Assembly: GCA_973895155.1 (NCBI GenBank)
Contig: OZ316894.1
Location: forward strand, 19,782,351 to 19,846,350
Direction of reading: 5' to 3'
DNA: 64,000 bases
Origin: Marsupella aquatica
Lineage: Eukaryota; Plantae; Marchantiophyta
This document shows positions 25,671 to 38,479 of the stretch, in pieces (the stretch's first letter is position 1; every line of letters starts with the position of its first letter). The notes under the pieces were generated by a model, which saw only the letters and a list, made by a program, of their open reading frames with translations, had not been told where the DNA came from and made no database searches. The position numbers and the translations under genes were made by a program.

Positions 25671-28581
25671 ATGGGAACTACGTCATGTGTGCTCTTTGCA
25701 CTCAGTTGCTTGCTGGTTTTGACTCATTCCGAGTTGTTGCAAACCGAAGCGTTTTGCAGCAAATACGTTGAACCCGAAGGCTACTCCTGCCACGAACATA
25801 AGGTACGAACTTCATAGTTTTCTGGAGATCAACTACGTATCCAGATTTCGCTTACAGCATTTCGAGATCAAATCTTGAAGATTACTTGCTCGATCCATAA
25901 TTTCTCCGGTTCATTTGTGCCAGGAGAATAGTGAAGTATATCTTAAAGTTCTAAACGATTTATTTACGATGCCGGAACTATTACCCAGCCCGTTGCTTTA
26001 AATGCTTTCATTTGCATTGTGCTTTTCTGCAGTTATACACGGAAGATGGCTACGGGCTTCTCTTGCACAGAGTGGGAATCAAAGGCGAGGGCAGAGGTGG
26101 GAAAGGACCACTCCCCGGTTCCATCTCAGCCTCCACGAACGAGAGATACAGAGGTTTTCCAGAATCCCCGGGGCTTCAACGATCTCAGTCCCGGATGCAA
26201 CCAGCTGATGAATCAGTTAGTACAGGCTTTGGTGCAGCACTCAGCGAGTATCCGAACCAAGCCATTGCATCTCGAAGGGGCAGTCCCGTGCTTCTTCTAC
26301 ATCCTGAGATGTTGAACGGAGATAGTTGGTTCAAGCACGCGGATCTAGAGAACCAAACCGCACGGCTGCCCTTCCTCCTAGCAGATGAGGGCTTCGATGT
26401 CTGGGTTGGACATCTTCGAGCAACTCAGTGGAGCCATGACCATGTGTCCATTTCGCATCACGAGCCGGTAATGAATTAAGCATAGCATGTCGTCTTGCAT
26501 GTCCGTTTGTTTTGGTTACTCCGAGATCATTTCTCAATTGTCAGTTTCGTGAACCTAGAAAAGCAATTATCTAGAACAGCAAAGAAAGTGAACACCGCAG
26601 CGAAGACACCTACTGACCAAGCGATTCTTTACGCAGGCGTATTGGAACTGGACATGGGATCAACTAGCACAGCATGACTTGCCTACTATGTTGCAATTTT
26701 TGGCAAATGAGACGGGTGGAAAAGTACATGTTGTAGGCTTCTCGCAGGTAAGCTGAGTTGATAGAGTCCATGACTCGCGGGTCTTTGTCGGGCTCGAATT
26801 CTTTGAGTGGTGTGATTAAACATATGTGTGGTGTATCTTGCGAATGGTAGATCTTGAGCAGCTTCCGTGATGAAATGCAGGGTGCCACGGTTGGAGCGGC
26901 AGCCGCTACAAGGGCAAAGGTCGCAGGGCAGATGAAATCTCTCACTTTAATCGGACCTACGATGTACCGTGGAGTAAGAAACCCTCTTCTTACGGGACCA
27001 TGGGCAGGATTCCTACGTGACTTGCTGCGAGAGGTAATGTGATACCTACGTAGTAATCGATAACAAACGGGATCTCAAGCTGCCGTAGTATTCTGCTGCA
27101 TATAATCTATTTTGACTAAAACACGTCACATTGTCAATGTGAGACTCCATTTGGATATAAAGGTCGATCGAGCTAGTGACAATCGTACCGTGGGATAAAT
27201 GCGCAGATCACACACCAAATCGCAGCATCGCCAGGGTGGGTCAACTTTACTAGGTCAGTTTATTTTCAAAACTATGACATCTGTTGTTCGTTTGAAGAGG
27301 CTGAAGACGAGTAGGGAGAAGGAGCAATTAATTACTCCTCACTTGTGCTTACTAGGTCAGTTTATTTTCAAAACTATGACATCTGTTGTTCGTTTGAAGA
27401 GGCTGAAGACGAGTAGGGAGAAGGAGCAATTAATTACTCCTCACTTGTGCTACAAAAATGAACCTTATCTCTCATGCTCTCGTATAGTACTAACATTGGA
27501 CCTGTAACGGCGCTTGCTCCTGCTCGAGAAATTGTTTTCCTGCATAGATTTAGAACTATACGCTGACTTGACTTCTGGAACTTGATCGTTAGGGATATGG
27601 GGGAGTTAGCCAATTTCCAGCCGATTCTTCCGCTGACAGGACCTCGAGCAGAACTGCGATTCCCAATCTCAGGTGAGTTAGACTCCAGTTGTTCGCAATG
27701 ATTTCGTCTTCGATCGTGTTCTCTCCCTTATGAACTGCATTGTGCTACGGCATGTGCACCGGTTTTGACGCAACAACCCTCGTCCGTGCTGCTCGGAGTG
27801 AATTTCCATGAACGTGCGTCCATTTCTTTCAAATAATGATCGATCTGATCGCCAGATGGATTCCGGCTTTTACAGTGAGCAGCCCCTGTCGAATTATCAT
27901 CACGGTACTGTGTGATAATCATGGCGAGGGAAATCCCTGCTAAATGTATGAGTCTGGAACTAATAATAAAATCAATGTGGTGCGAGACGTCGTTAATAAT
28001 GTAAGTTTTGCACGTATATATATATTGCCTGATTGTACATGTGGCTCGCGTATCAACTCCGACAGGTCCTGATTGCTGCTTAAGTCCATCACTCTCTTTG
28101 ATTGACAACGGATGGGATGGAACCACATCGTCCAGCAACATCGAGCATTTCCATCAAGGTAAGTTCCAGTGGTACCTTGTTCATGTTGAGTAAATTGTAT
28201 GTCGATCTGGCCGGCTGTCCCAGTTGCTGCAAGTGGTAACAAATTTTTCTTTTCGTGGTCACAGCTTTGATGACACCTAACTGGAGGAAGTTCGACCACG
28301 GTACGGGACAGCTCAATATTGAGGCGTATGGAAGCCCTACGCCCCCGGATTACGAGCCTAAAGATATCCCGGCCGATCTTCCAGTGCTAATTATCTACGG
28401 ACAAAAAGATTTATATTCCCCAGCGGAGGGAGTCGAGGAATTCATCACTTCAATGCAGAGCCTACCTTCAATTGTGTCTCTATCGGATTACGCCCACTTA
28501 GATCTCTTCTTCAGTACAAATCGCATGCAAGATGTTTATGACCGCGTTAGCACGTTCCTTGGATCCAATGCGACGGCCTAG
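25671..28581 (+). CDS. Secreted acid triacylglycerol lipase (lysosomal/gastric lipase-like alpha/beta hydrolase, LIP1/MPL1 family)
   Basis: Exons 25671-25802 (signal peptide, FCSKYVEPEGYSCHEHK), 26033-26467 (TEDGYGLLLHR, LADEGFDVWVG), 26637-26747 (YWNWTWDQLAQHDLP), 26881-27033, uncertain middle exon(s) near 27593-27672 and 27876-27904, then 28066-28158 (GPDCCL) and 28265-28581. Catalytic triad motifs GFSQG, GQKD, YAHLD. Confidence 0.85.
27247..27451. repeat. Perfect 102-bp tandem duplication in a lipase intron
   Basis: TTACTAGGTCAG...CACTTGTGC starts at both 27247 and 27349. Confidence 0.95.
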
Positions 28582-29399
28582 ACCCTGACTTAGATTTGAT
28601 ATGGAGATTAAGCCTCAAGCTAGTTACTGGGCGACAAATACAAGTGTACAGTCTAGTCTGTATGTCCAAGTAGCATCAGCATCAATTCTGTCAAGCTTTC
28701 TAAAGCAGCTTCTTGACTGAAATGAATCACACTAGAGAGCTCAATCTTACATTATAATTATGATTACGGCGCTGGGTCGGTGACCATTGTTCGAAGGCTT
28801 GGGTCAATGCATTCAAGCAACCTAAGCCAGTACTGTAAGTGTTTGCAGCAATAGAGGTTGTAGACGCTAGAGAATGAAATTTTGTTAAGCAGCTACTCTT
28901 TCAAATCTTAGGATAGTTTCAAACTCTATATGTAAAAGTTTTTTGTCATCTGTAAGCTGTGAGAATTGAAGATCATGCTACGATAGTGAGTATTCATCGC
29001 TACTTTGACATCAAACTACTGACTTGCGACCAAATGATTTATGGTCTCTGTAAGCTCAGTTGAAGTCAGTGGCTAAATTCAAAGCCATCATATTAAGCTA
29101 TTTCAGAAGTAAAAAGACAGGAAATCTTCTTTGCAGCCCTGAAGTGTGGTCTTCATGATATTTCTGATTGAATTTATCTGCACTGTTCTCAACATGCTTA
29201 AAACTATTTGTCCGTCGAGTACCCAGTCTTTTGAATTGATAGGGACGCTCAATTGGCTGCATGGAGTTTTGGTTGTTTGCTCAATTGAGTAGCCCGTTTA
29301 ACATCAGTAGCGAGATCAGTAGGTCATGGATTGAAGGATTTCATCTCATACGCGTAAAGTCAGATCAGAAACCTTGGGATGGGTTCTTGTGAAGTACGG

Positions 29400-29800
29400 T
29401 GCTGGCATGGAAAATCTCGCGATTGGGAAGTAGCATGTCCAGATCGAACAGAGGAAGTTCACAGTGGATGTTAAAAGCGCAATGTGGTGGATGGAACGTA
29501 CGAAAGGTCGGACAACAAATGTCATGATAACGAGAAGAGTTTCCATGAGGATCCTTTCGAAAAACTTAGCATGAAACGAAATAGCCCCAAATTGGGACTC
29601 AGCACAGTTCTTTTCGTACTTTTCAAGATTGAAGAAAAGCTCAGTGCCCACACTGCATATAAAGTTCTCAATAGGAGACCCTGACAAGGCAGAACAGGAC
29701 CATCGATTTCCTCGTACGTAGATGTTGGAAAGTTTAATTGCATTAAAAGTCTAGAAGCAAGTTTCATGTGAACCATTTGAAGCAAGCAATGATCATTGAA
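29400..29800 (+). mobile_element. Possible highly decayed LINE reverse-transcriptase fragment
   Basis: DPFEKL...KLGLSTVLFVLFK...VLNRRP*QGRTGPS loosely follows the LDFEKA...MGF...RGVRQGCPLSP order. Weak. Confidence 0.25.
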
Positions 29801-30756
29801 TGGACGAAATGAGATCAGTGGTGGAGAAGCACAATGACTGGATCATGCTATATATCTTAGACAGAAAGCATTCACTAACTTGCTGGTCAGGGTATGGTGG
29901 GGTAGCTTTGGCAAGCCGGTACTGATGGTGGTGGAGATGGGGGACACAGGAATATGTGTAGGGTAGATGTTATTCTATGTGAACTGCCCCCACCTAAAAT
30001 ATTCCAAGATTGCTGGAAAGTATTCAAACTTCAAAAATATTGGAGTGTATCCCAAAAGGCATGACTTTGTGATAGCTCCCTTGAGTACTTCGCTGTAGCT
30101 CACTTGAGTAGACTAGGGTTCAATTATTGTGGACTGGCTCTTCCCAACTATTGTGACCAACTCTTCCCTTCCTGTGAGGTTTCACAGATTTCCTTTCCAA
30201 AAATTTTAAAATTAAAAATAAATAAAGTATTGGAGTGTTACCCCCTCCAAGTCATTCTCTCTGAGGTATATATATACTGTGTCAAACAACAAAAAGTGGA
30301 AACCGCAGAGGCATATTCCCAAAGGCAGGAGACCCAACAAAGGGGTGACAATTGGGGCCTTGGAGGACACTTCACTCAAGGGAGTTAGAGCTCATGATAC
30401 CCAAGAGGTTATTAGTTACCTGTTGTAAGCCTCAAGGGTATTAATTTCTGCTGGAAATTAATTGTACATTATAATCTTGTTACCTCTTGGCAGAGGAATA
30501 CATAGTGTCAAACATGGGTTCCATGTTATATAACTTGTGACCACTTTACAAAGGAAAGATGCTAGAGGGGATTTTTGAAGAGAAAATCAGGTTCCTCCAC
30601 ATCCTATGAGAATGAAGAAAGTAGGAAGTGAGGAAACCAGCATGCCTGGTTTTCTTTGCCAAAAACTATATGAAAACAACTTGAGAAGAGTAGAGAGTCT
30701 TCAATAGGTCACCGGCCACCCGGTGACCCTAAACCCTTTTTAGGATGCCCTGTTGT

Positions 30757-31177
30757 AGCATCTCCAGCGGGAGGGTCAAATGCACCTGTAAGCTCTAAAC
30801 AGGACATATAGGGGTTGAATATATTTAGAAGGATGGCTTCCCACTGGTGGCCCCTATCCCTAGATAAATGGCAGTCAGCCTCCACTTTCACAACCCCTTA
30901 CCTCCATTTTTGGTATAAAAAAAAGGCAGCCAAGTTAGACACCTCTATCCTGAACTTTATTCTCATCATGTCAAATATTTAATCACATGATACAAAATAC
31001 TGGATATGATTAAGATCTTGAACCTATGTATGACAACACATCATTTTGGAGGGATAGAGGTTTAAGAAAGCAGCGAACCGCTGGTGATTGAATTCAATGT
31101 GAAGGCTATTCTAATTCTAGGCCTCCAAATGATGGGCTATATTGACGTCATTGACCCCTAAACCACTGGAGATGCTC
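30757..31177. mobile_element. Tourist/Harbinger-like MITE (~420 bp)
   Basis: Left AGCATCTCCAGCGGGAGGGTCAA and right TTGACCCCTAAACCACTGGAGATGCTC, followed by TTA. GAGCATCTCCA is a typical Harbinger-MITE terminus. The left TSD is degenerate. Confidence 0.65.
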
Positions 31178-31594
31178 TTAGAATTGTATCTTAGGGGGGA
31201 GGACTCGACTCTCTTTTAGGCACATACGAGGGTGAGTTATTTAGACAGGAACCCAAGGGAGTTGAGGGGTGTCTCTCAGTTGATCTAGCTACTCAGGATG
31301 AAATTCAGTTATCCCAGGTCAACTAAGTGAGAAGGTTAACTAAGCCTCGAACCTGGTAACCACTGTCTTAATTATGCTCAGTCATCTCAGGTAAGTTGGT
31401 GGGAAGGTTGTTCATGGTTTGCTGTTGTGGCTCTATAGCTATGGTGGCTCGATGTATATTAATATATATAGGTATATGGTGGCTGCATAGCTATGGTGGC
31501 TTGCAACAGTGTTTTGTGCGGCCAAGCTCCAATTCCATCACGAGAATTATGTGAATGCCATATCGAAGTACACTGATTCTATCAATTTTCTGTG

Positions 31595-32645
31595 TGCCCA
31601 CCTTGGGCCCTCACTCTTACTATATTAAGTGAACCCCCCTGAGAACAAACACCCCCTGTGTACCCCTTCTTAATATTTTTGTTCACAAAAATAATCCCAT
31701 TGTTAATGTAAAAATATTAACTTTTCCTATTAAATTTTATCCTTTTGTAAATTATAATAGAGTTTTTCAAGGAATTGAAAACACCCTTGAATTTTTAGAA
31801 TTACAAATATCATATTGAAATAGATCAAACTTTATCTTTCATAGGGGACTTGTATGTTATGCTCGATCTTCAATGTACATATTTTATATATAGATAAACA
31901 AAATTAGTACGAGAGAAAATTATAGTTCTTCCTATAGTTTACACACAGCCATGCACTCTTGTCTTAGTGTTCGCAAAAGTGCCTCTAAACTTCTAGTTTC
32001 ATAAGTACTATATATGTATAATCCAGGAATAATACTCCAAAGTCTGAACCAACTATAACAAACATTGTTGAGCGCCTAAGACCCCTCCCTCAACACACAA
32101 ACACATCTGGCCTCATACCTGGTTGTTTGATTCAAGGGAATTCAAAAGTAATCTTGTCCTTCCATGTGGGATTGATCCATGGATCCCCATCAATCCTAGT
32201 TTCCCAACCAAGTTGGGCCCAAAGATTCTGGCCCAACATTTACTCAACTCCCCAGTTAACTCCTAAACATGCGGGTAAACATGTCTACCCAAACCCATTT
32301 GTTCCACCATAAGGGGACCAACGAAACCAAACTTGCCTTAAGACGATAAATAATTAAATGTTTGATTTACTATATGGACACGTGTGCAAATGAAGTGATG
32401 ACATGTGTGCCAACCATATAGTGACACGTGTACTTGGCATTTTGGGTACCCTTGCATAAGATTTATGTCACATGTATTGATAAGAGTCTTATTACTAATA
32501 TTGTGGCGAATGTATATAGAGGGATGTTGCCTACTTTAAAAACTATTATAAAAATTAGTTTGCATTACATTAAAAATACCCTTGCATTGTTCGCACGTCC
32601 TCCCTGTATTAGTAACACTAAGGGCCCAGGGTGTGCCCATGGGTC
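31595..32645. mobile_element. AT-rich element bounded by imperfect inverted repeats (MITE- or Helitron-like)
   Basis: CACCTTGGGCCCTCACTCTTACTA near 31598 and TAGTAACACTAAGGGCCCAGGGTG near 32610 are inverted copies. Confidence 0.3.
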
Positions 32646-32929
32646 CAATTGAAGAGCATTAAGATTGCACGGGCCTTAATTTGAGGGCAGGCCGCCAAAT
32701 GTTTCCCCTTTTTGAAGTGTAGAACACAGAACAGATGTGCAGGTCTCGAACTCTCTGAGGTGGAATGAAAGCTGGTAGCAAGTGCTTTGCTCCGTGGCAG
32801 TACCTCATAAGGGGCTAACGGTGCTGGCTAGTTCAAACGAGAAGAGGGTATACAAGTTCAAATTGTTTGAGTCATGGCTTGGATTGAGAGTCCCGAGTCC
32901 CGTGCACAGCTTCGGACAGGTACAAGTTG

Positions 32930-33490
32930 AGAGGGCTCAAGATTCACGTGGAGTTTCCCAAGGGACAAGTGGGGCAAGTGTTATTTTGTCTACCAAGCTA
33001 GAGCTCAAAGTGTTTGCATGAGTCACAGGCAAATCCCAGTCAGGATCCCAGTGTTCACGTGGAGTTTCCAAGAGGCGAGTAGGGCAAGTGCTATTTTGTC
33101 TATCAAGATCTCGAAGTGTTTGCATGAGTCCCCACATGAGTCACAACCAGGAGCTGCAGGTTCATCTGGAGTTTCCCAATGGGCGAGTACGCGAGTGTGA
33201 TTTTATGTATCAAGAGCTCAAAGTGTTTGCATGAGTCACGGCCTGGATCAAGAGTCCCAAATCCCGGTGTTCACATGGAGTTTCCCAAGGGGAGAGCTCA
33301 AAGTGTTTGCATGAGTCACGGTCGGGATCGAGAGACAGGCCCAAATCCAGGTGTTCATGTGCCCGTTCATGTGGAGTTTCCCAAGGGGCGAGTACGGCAA
33401 GTGTTATTTTGTCTATCATGAGAGATCTCGGTGCACAGCGAAGACAGGTACACATGGAGTTTCCCAAGGGGCGAGTGTTATTTTGTGTGT
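32930..33490. repeat. Degenerate satellite-like tandem array (~110-bp unit, ~5 copies)
   Basis: Recurrent blocks GAGCTCAAAGTGTTTGCATGAGTCAC, TGGAGTTTCCCAAGGGGCGAGT and GTGTTATTTTGTCTATCA. Confidence 0.85.
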
Positions 33491-34829
33491 CGTTGTTTTT
33501 TGCAATTGTTCATCTATGAACGGGTCTATGATTTGGATGCAAGTACGTGCTCGATTGGTGGTAGTAACTGATAACGGTTGAATCAAGGGTTGAGTCACTG
33601 TAGGGGTCAACGGGGTTCGAGAGTCCCACACCGGAAAGTCTGAGACATGGGGTCTTTGCGGCTGGAGATGGAGTCTCCACGAGAGGTGCTAGTATTATTT
33701 TGTCTCATTGTTTGTACTATTATGTCACCTGCTTATCAAACGACTAACACAACAACCACCACATGATTCCACTAAAAATCATTTGTATCGTATGACGGGG
33801 GACGTGGAGGGACGCTATATGGATCAATTTCATACTAAGGATGAGTAGATTCGTTTCCGCTCCTGGAAATGTATTTTTTGATCAAGTCTACCGACTATAC
33901 GTACTCTGCTTTTGATCAAGTCCCGTGGACTACCTTGTTTCTACTCCTCCTGGCCTTTGGCAAAGTGTTGTCATCACTCTCCCACTCACAGGGTCGACCA
34001 ATCCATGTAAGTTTCTCTAAATACTCATACTAGGGGAAGAACACAATCGTGCAACCAAGAGAGGGGACAACACATAAGAAGTCATGAAAATCCAACCGAA
34101 TCCATATCTATTAGTGGCCAAGGTAACACATTGCATGGGCAACCCGGTCTCCTATCGTCTACCCAACTCCTGCCTCACAGGACAATGAGCCCTCTCCACC
34201 TCAATACTCTGGATCGCTTCCCTACTCTTGTTGAAGGCTAATCCTCACAAAAAAAACACTAGACTGAGTTCCCCCCACCTCACTACTCCGGGGCTCCCCC
34301 CCTAAATACCAAAAAACACACCAAAGCACCCCTCACGGGGCCACAACAATGGCGGCTTACCCTAGCGGCGCCGCTAAACCCTTCACTAAGAAACCCCTAA
34401 ACTAAAAGCATGCGGCACACACATGCTTCTAAAACCCTAAACCCTAAACTAACAATGGGGCCGACGGTGCCTTCGACGTCGCCCCAACATTACTCCGTGA
34501 ACTGTGAAATTGCAAGGACCCCACAATGGCCGAAACTAGGCGGCCTTCCACTTGCACTTCTGAGTTCACCCCTGGATAGCCCTCCTCCTCCTGATCATGA
34601 ATCACTCAACCGCTCTTGAAACGAACATCGGACGACCAAGTTATGGTCGTTTTAGTATCCCGTAAACTCAACTTCGTTGGGCCATAATTTGCTCATCCTG
34701 GCTCCGTTTGAGGAGCGCTGCCTCTTGTTGGAATCAGCTCCGCGAGCTCTTTCCAACAAGCCCGTGAGTGACCCCTCACGAAAAAGTGGGAAAGTCAAGG
34801 GGCCGTACAACCACGTCCGTACGACCACT

Positions 34830-36725
34830 CTAATCCTCCTCTTCTTCACTCACGGTGCCCTGGCTTGAGCCCCGTGAGTGGGCCTCCTTATCACTCTCCA
34901 CTGGAGTGAGTGCCACTTCACTCCTCTTCTTCTTCACCGGGGTATTCCTTGTGCTAGTGCTCCCCTGCTTCCTCAAATTGGCCAAGGCCTGCCACGCCTT
35001 AATGTACCCCTCACCAATGGTGTCCTTCCATAAGGCCGCCTCTTCACCGGACCGCAACTCAAACGGTAAAACCTGCCCGGTGGCCATGGGAGTCCCAGGG
35101 GTGACAGATTGGGGTGGCATCCCCGGGGTCCCCGTGTTGACCTGAGCTTCTCGTAACGATTTACGTACCTCCCTGAGCTTCTTCTCTAAGCTCTTGCTCT
35201 TCTTTTGACTCTTCTTGGCTGCATCCAACAGGGGTCCATACTTCCCACTGACTTCCTTCACCACCATCTCAATGGCCCTGGAGACCAAATCCGGGGAAAG
35301 TGTGGAGCTAGGTGTGCAGGGGCTCTTCCGTTTCCCCAGACTCAAGGCCTCACTCCTCTTAGCCCTTGTCTCAAAGATCACCATTTGACTCCGTAGTGCT
35401 CCCACCTAGGCTCTTAACTCCACCACTTCTCCAGAATTCTGCTGCTCTTTGGCCAATGCCTGTTTCAATACTCCAACCTCTTCCGCTTCCTTGGCCTTGG
35501 TGGACAAGGCTCCCTTCAAGTTGGAGATCTCTACGTGAGCTACTTGGAGAAGTTTAACCTTCTCATGAATGGCCTCCTCCTTGGCCTTGATCACCTCCTT
35601 CATAGACAGGGCACTCTGCTCCAAAGTCTCTACTCTGGCGGTGGCTTGCTTGAGAGAATCTCTCAATGCGTGGACTAGCTTGAGTCCCTCATGGACTCCC
35701 TCCCGGAATTCCCATAACTCTTCCAGGTAGACATCAGGAATATTGTAGACCAGGGGCTCCTCCAGATTTCCCACAAGTGATTCAAGCCACTCCATTGTGG
35801 AGTCCTCATCCTGGTTTTCTTCCTCTCTATTATCATCCCCAACCGCCGACGATGATCCCTCCGTTAGTTTCCCCAAGATGGTAGTGGCAATACTCCTGAT
35901 TTCCGTGGTAAGGGATGATCCAGTGTCTTCCTATCCCGGGGAAACAATCCACCCTTCTGCTCTGGCTAGCAAAAAAGACCCCATCAAATGTACAGCCCCA
36001 CCTGGTTTCACACTCCCGGAATCGGCGTCCAATAGCTTCTTCAACCCGTAGTACCACCATCCGTACACATGGGCTGGATAGTTATTGATGTCCATAGCTA
36101 CCACGAAATGCTCTCCATTCACCACCCCAGATTGCACGTTACCAAGGACCCGTTGATGAACCTTGGCCATAAATCCTTTGTGCTCAGCATCCTTGACGGC
36201 GGAAAGAGGAATGGAAGTAGTGGAGGTGGGATTAATCACCCAACCGGCCACCATTGTCAATGTGAGCTCTCCCCTTATGTTCCGAGGTGTGAATGAGAAT
36301 TGCTGGTTCTCCAGGAACAGAAGCTTAGCTAACTCCACATGGGGCACTACCCGTTGGAGACATTCAAAGTAGATTCCTTCCGTACGTAACTCCATCCCGA
36401 CCTCAATGTTCCAACTCTTCCCTGAAGGGATTGTAATCTCCACCTTCATGAACTTCGTGAGCCCGGTGACTTGAAAAATATTCCTACAATCCTCCATCAC
36501 CTTGGCGGAGGTTTTGGGATAAATTCGACGGAAAACCTTCCTACTCACCGGTGCGAAACTTGCCGCCAGTCCAATACTCATCGTAGCTTCTCTCCCTTCT
36601 CTCTCTCTTGCAATCAATGTTTCAACGTAGTCACGGTAAGCAGCCTTGTATCTCCGAACGCGTGCCGCACTAACTCCGGTTGATCCAGCATCCATGCATC
36701 CAGAAATCAAATCCTCAATCACCAA
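34830..36725 (-). pseudogene. Single ~630-codon ORF interrupted by two in-frame TAG stops (retroelement extra-ORF-like; globular N-half, coiled-coil C-half)
   Basis: ORFs 35931-36725, 35406-35876 and 34830-35405 share one frame. The linker reads SPG*EDTGSSLTTEIRSIATTILGK and the second junction reads ELRA*VGALR. Confidence 0.75.
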
Positions 36726-37059
36726 ATCCCGTCACCCGTAGCAATGTCAATTCCCTGGCCCAAAACGGCCCCCGTATCCCGATCAATCAATTACTCTCAA
36801 TTCCCTCAGAAGCCCCTCCGTGCTGCTGCCGCTAATGCCCGGAAGAATCACGCCACCAAGCCCCACCAACCTACCATGAGAGGGAGAGCTTCAAAAATAA
36901 TTAGAATGTGGAGAGAGCTTCCAGCAAGGTGTTGGGAGAGAGCTCGAGTTTTGCTTTCGGCAAGGAGAGGATCGTGCAAAAGAGGGAGAAAACAAAAAAA
37001 CAAAAAAAACACCCCCGACACCTCCTTTCGCCTTGCGCCCCGGTGCCTTATTCCCTCCT

Positions 37060-37260
37060 CGCGGCTGCCCGTCCCTCCTCGTGGCGCCCCTTCCCGACTC
37101 GCGGCGCCCCTCTCAACTCACGGAGCCCCTTCCCGACTCGCGGCTGGTCTTCTCAACTTGCGGCGCCCCTCTCAACTCGCGGCGCTCCGTTCCTACTCGG
37201 GGCGCTCCTTGTTGCTTTGGGCGCTCCGTTTCTACTCGGGGTGCTCCTTGTTGCTTTTAT
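37060..37260. repeat. GC-rich short tandem repeats
   Basis: GCGCCCCTTCCCGACTCGCG, GCGCCCCTCTCAACTCGCG and GCGCTCCGTT.CTACTCGGG units. Confidence 0.85.
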
Positions 37261-38479
37261 GGAGATGCCAGGTGGCGTCCACAGGGGATGCCCCTTATGG
37301 ACCCCCTTACTCCAACAACTTTTAACCTCCCGCGAACTCATTCTCTTCTTTTGGCCCTTGTCGTGGTTATACCCATTTAACCCCAAAAAGAAAAGTTAAC
37401 CTCTTGGACTTATAGGGGGAACTTGACAATGGTTCAAGCGAAATGGCCAGGCCACCATTGCCCCCCCTCTGTTGTCGTGACCGTTTAGAACAATTCTGAG
37501 AAGGAAATAAAGTAAAGTCCTCCTAGCAGCACAAACTTGAAAGGATGGAGTTAACTCAAAAATTAAAAAAACGGCTTATTTACACTGGCTATTAACAATG
37601 CACAGGCCTCCGCGACCGGTTATGTGTGACTTCCCGTGACGGGGTACCCGTCACATATTATGTGTGTTCTTTGTTTTAATTAGTTAACCTTGTACTATTT
37701 TGTGTGTTCTTTCTTTTAATTGACCCATATATGATTGCACGTTGTATCACTTATGATGTTGCTCATTGATCAGAAGTGAGATGACAAGCGGGATGAGAAG
37801 TGCCAATGCACACCCGAGTGGAAACACATAGAGGTTAGAGAGAGGCTTCTTAGAGTGAAGAAATTGCATAATGATGAAATTGCTCATCAACGCAAACAAA
37901 AATATTGTCAGTACACCTAATGCCCCACTTTCTCAAAATTCTACTTTCACTAGACCTCTTTGTAGTTACAGTTTACATCCCCACACAAAAAACCCTCCTT
38001 CCCTAGGCTGCACTCACTCTTGGAACTTCATTGTTGCCTCCTCCTCCACATGCCCTCATTCCCACTACGCTCCCGCCGGAGAGTCTGCCTCAGACTACTT
38101 CTGTTGTGAGCCCTAGTCTCCCTCCCCTAATTGGAGCCTGTACTCCTCCTGCTAATAGGAGGAAGAAAGCATTCCACAAAACCTCCGATGTTAGTACTTC
38201 AGAAAAAGTTTATGTCCTCTCCCATGCAATTAATGAATGTGGAACAAGGGTACCTTAGTGCTTTTGCCCCTAATGGACCCGCTAATGGATTGGCATTAAA
38301 AAAGAGGAAACATTTGGGACTTGCACCTTATAGCAGAGAGTGCCAAAGATCCTCCAAGTGCTGACCTGGACCTTGTAGCCCAGAGTGCCAGAGATCTTCC
38401 AAGTCCCGCTTCAAGTGCTGCCATAGATGCATGCACTCCTAGTGCGCTAGTGTCACATGGATACGCTCCTAGTGTGATA

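Larger units (their letters stand above)
34250..37430 (+). mobile_element. 3' part of a Ty3/Gypsy-like (Tat/Ogre/Athila-type) LTR retrotransposon remnant
   Basis: Long antisense extra ORF, GC-rich tandem repeats at 37060-37260, a palindromic CCATAATTTGCTCATCC...TTGGAA/TTCCAA motif, and a purine tract TATAGGGGGAA (37411-37421) before TG at 37424. No gag/pol recognised, so the class is inferred. Confidence 0.45.

Noticed and set aside
32930-33490. CRISPR-like repeat/spacer appearance
   Set aside because: Eukaryotic context, repeats are degenerate, spacers are not unique and there are no cas genes.
34432-34448. Interstitial telomere
   Set aside because: Only two AAACCCT units; more likely a telo-box within TE sequence.
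36744-37399. Several overlapping Pro/Arg-rich ORFs
   Set aside because: They arise from GC-rich tandem repeats lacking stop codons.
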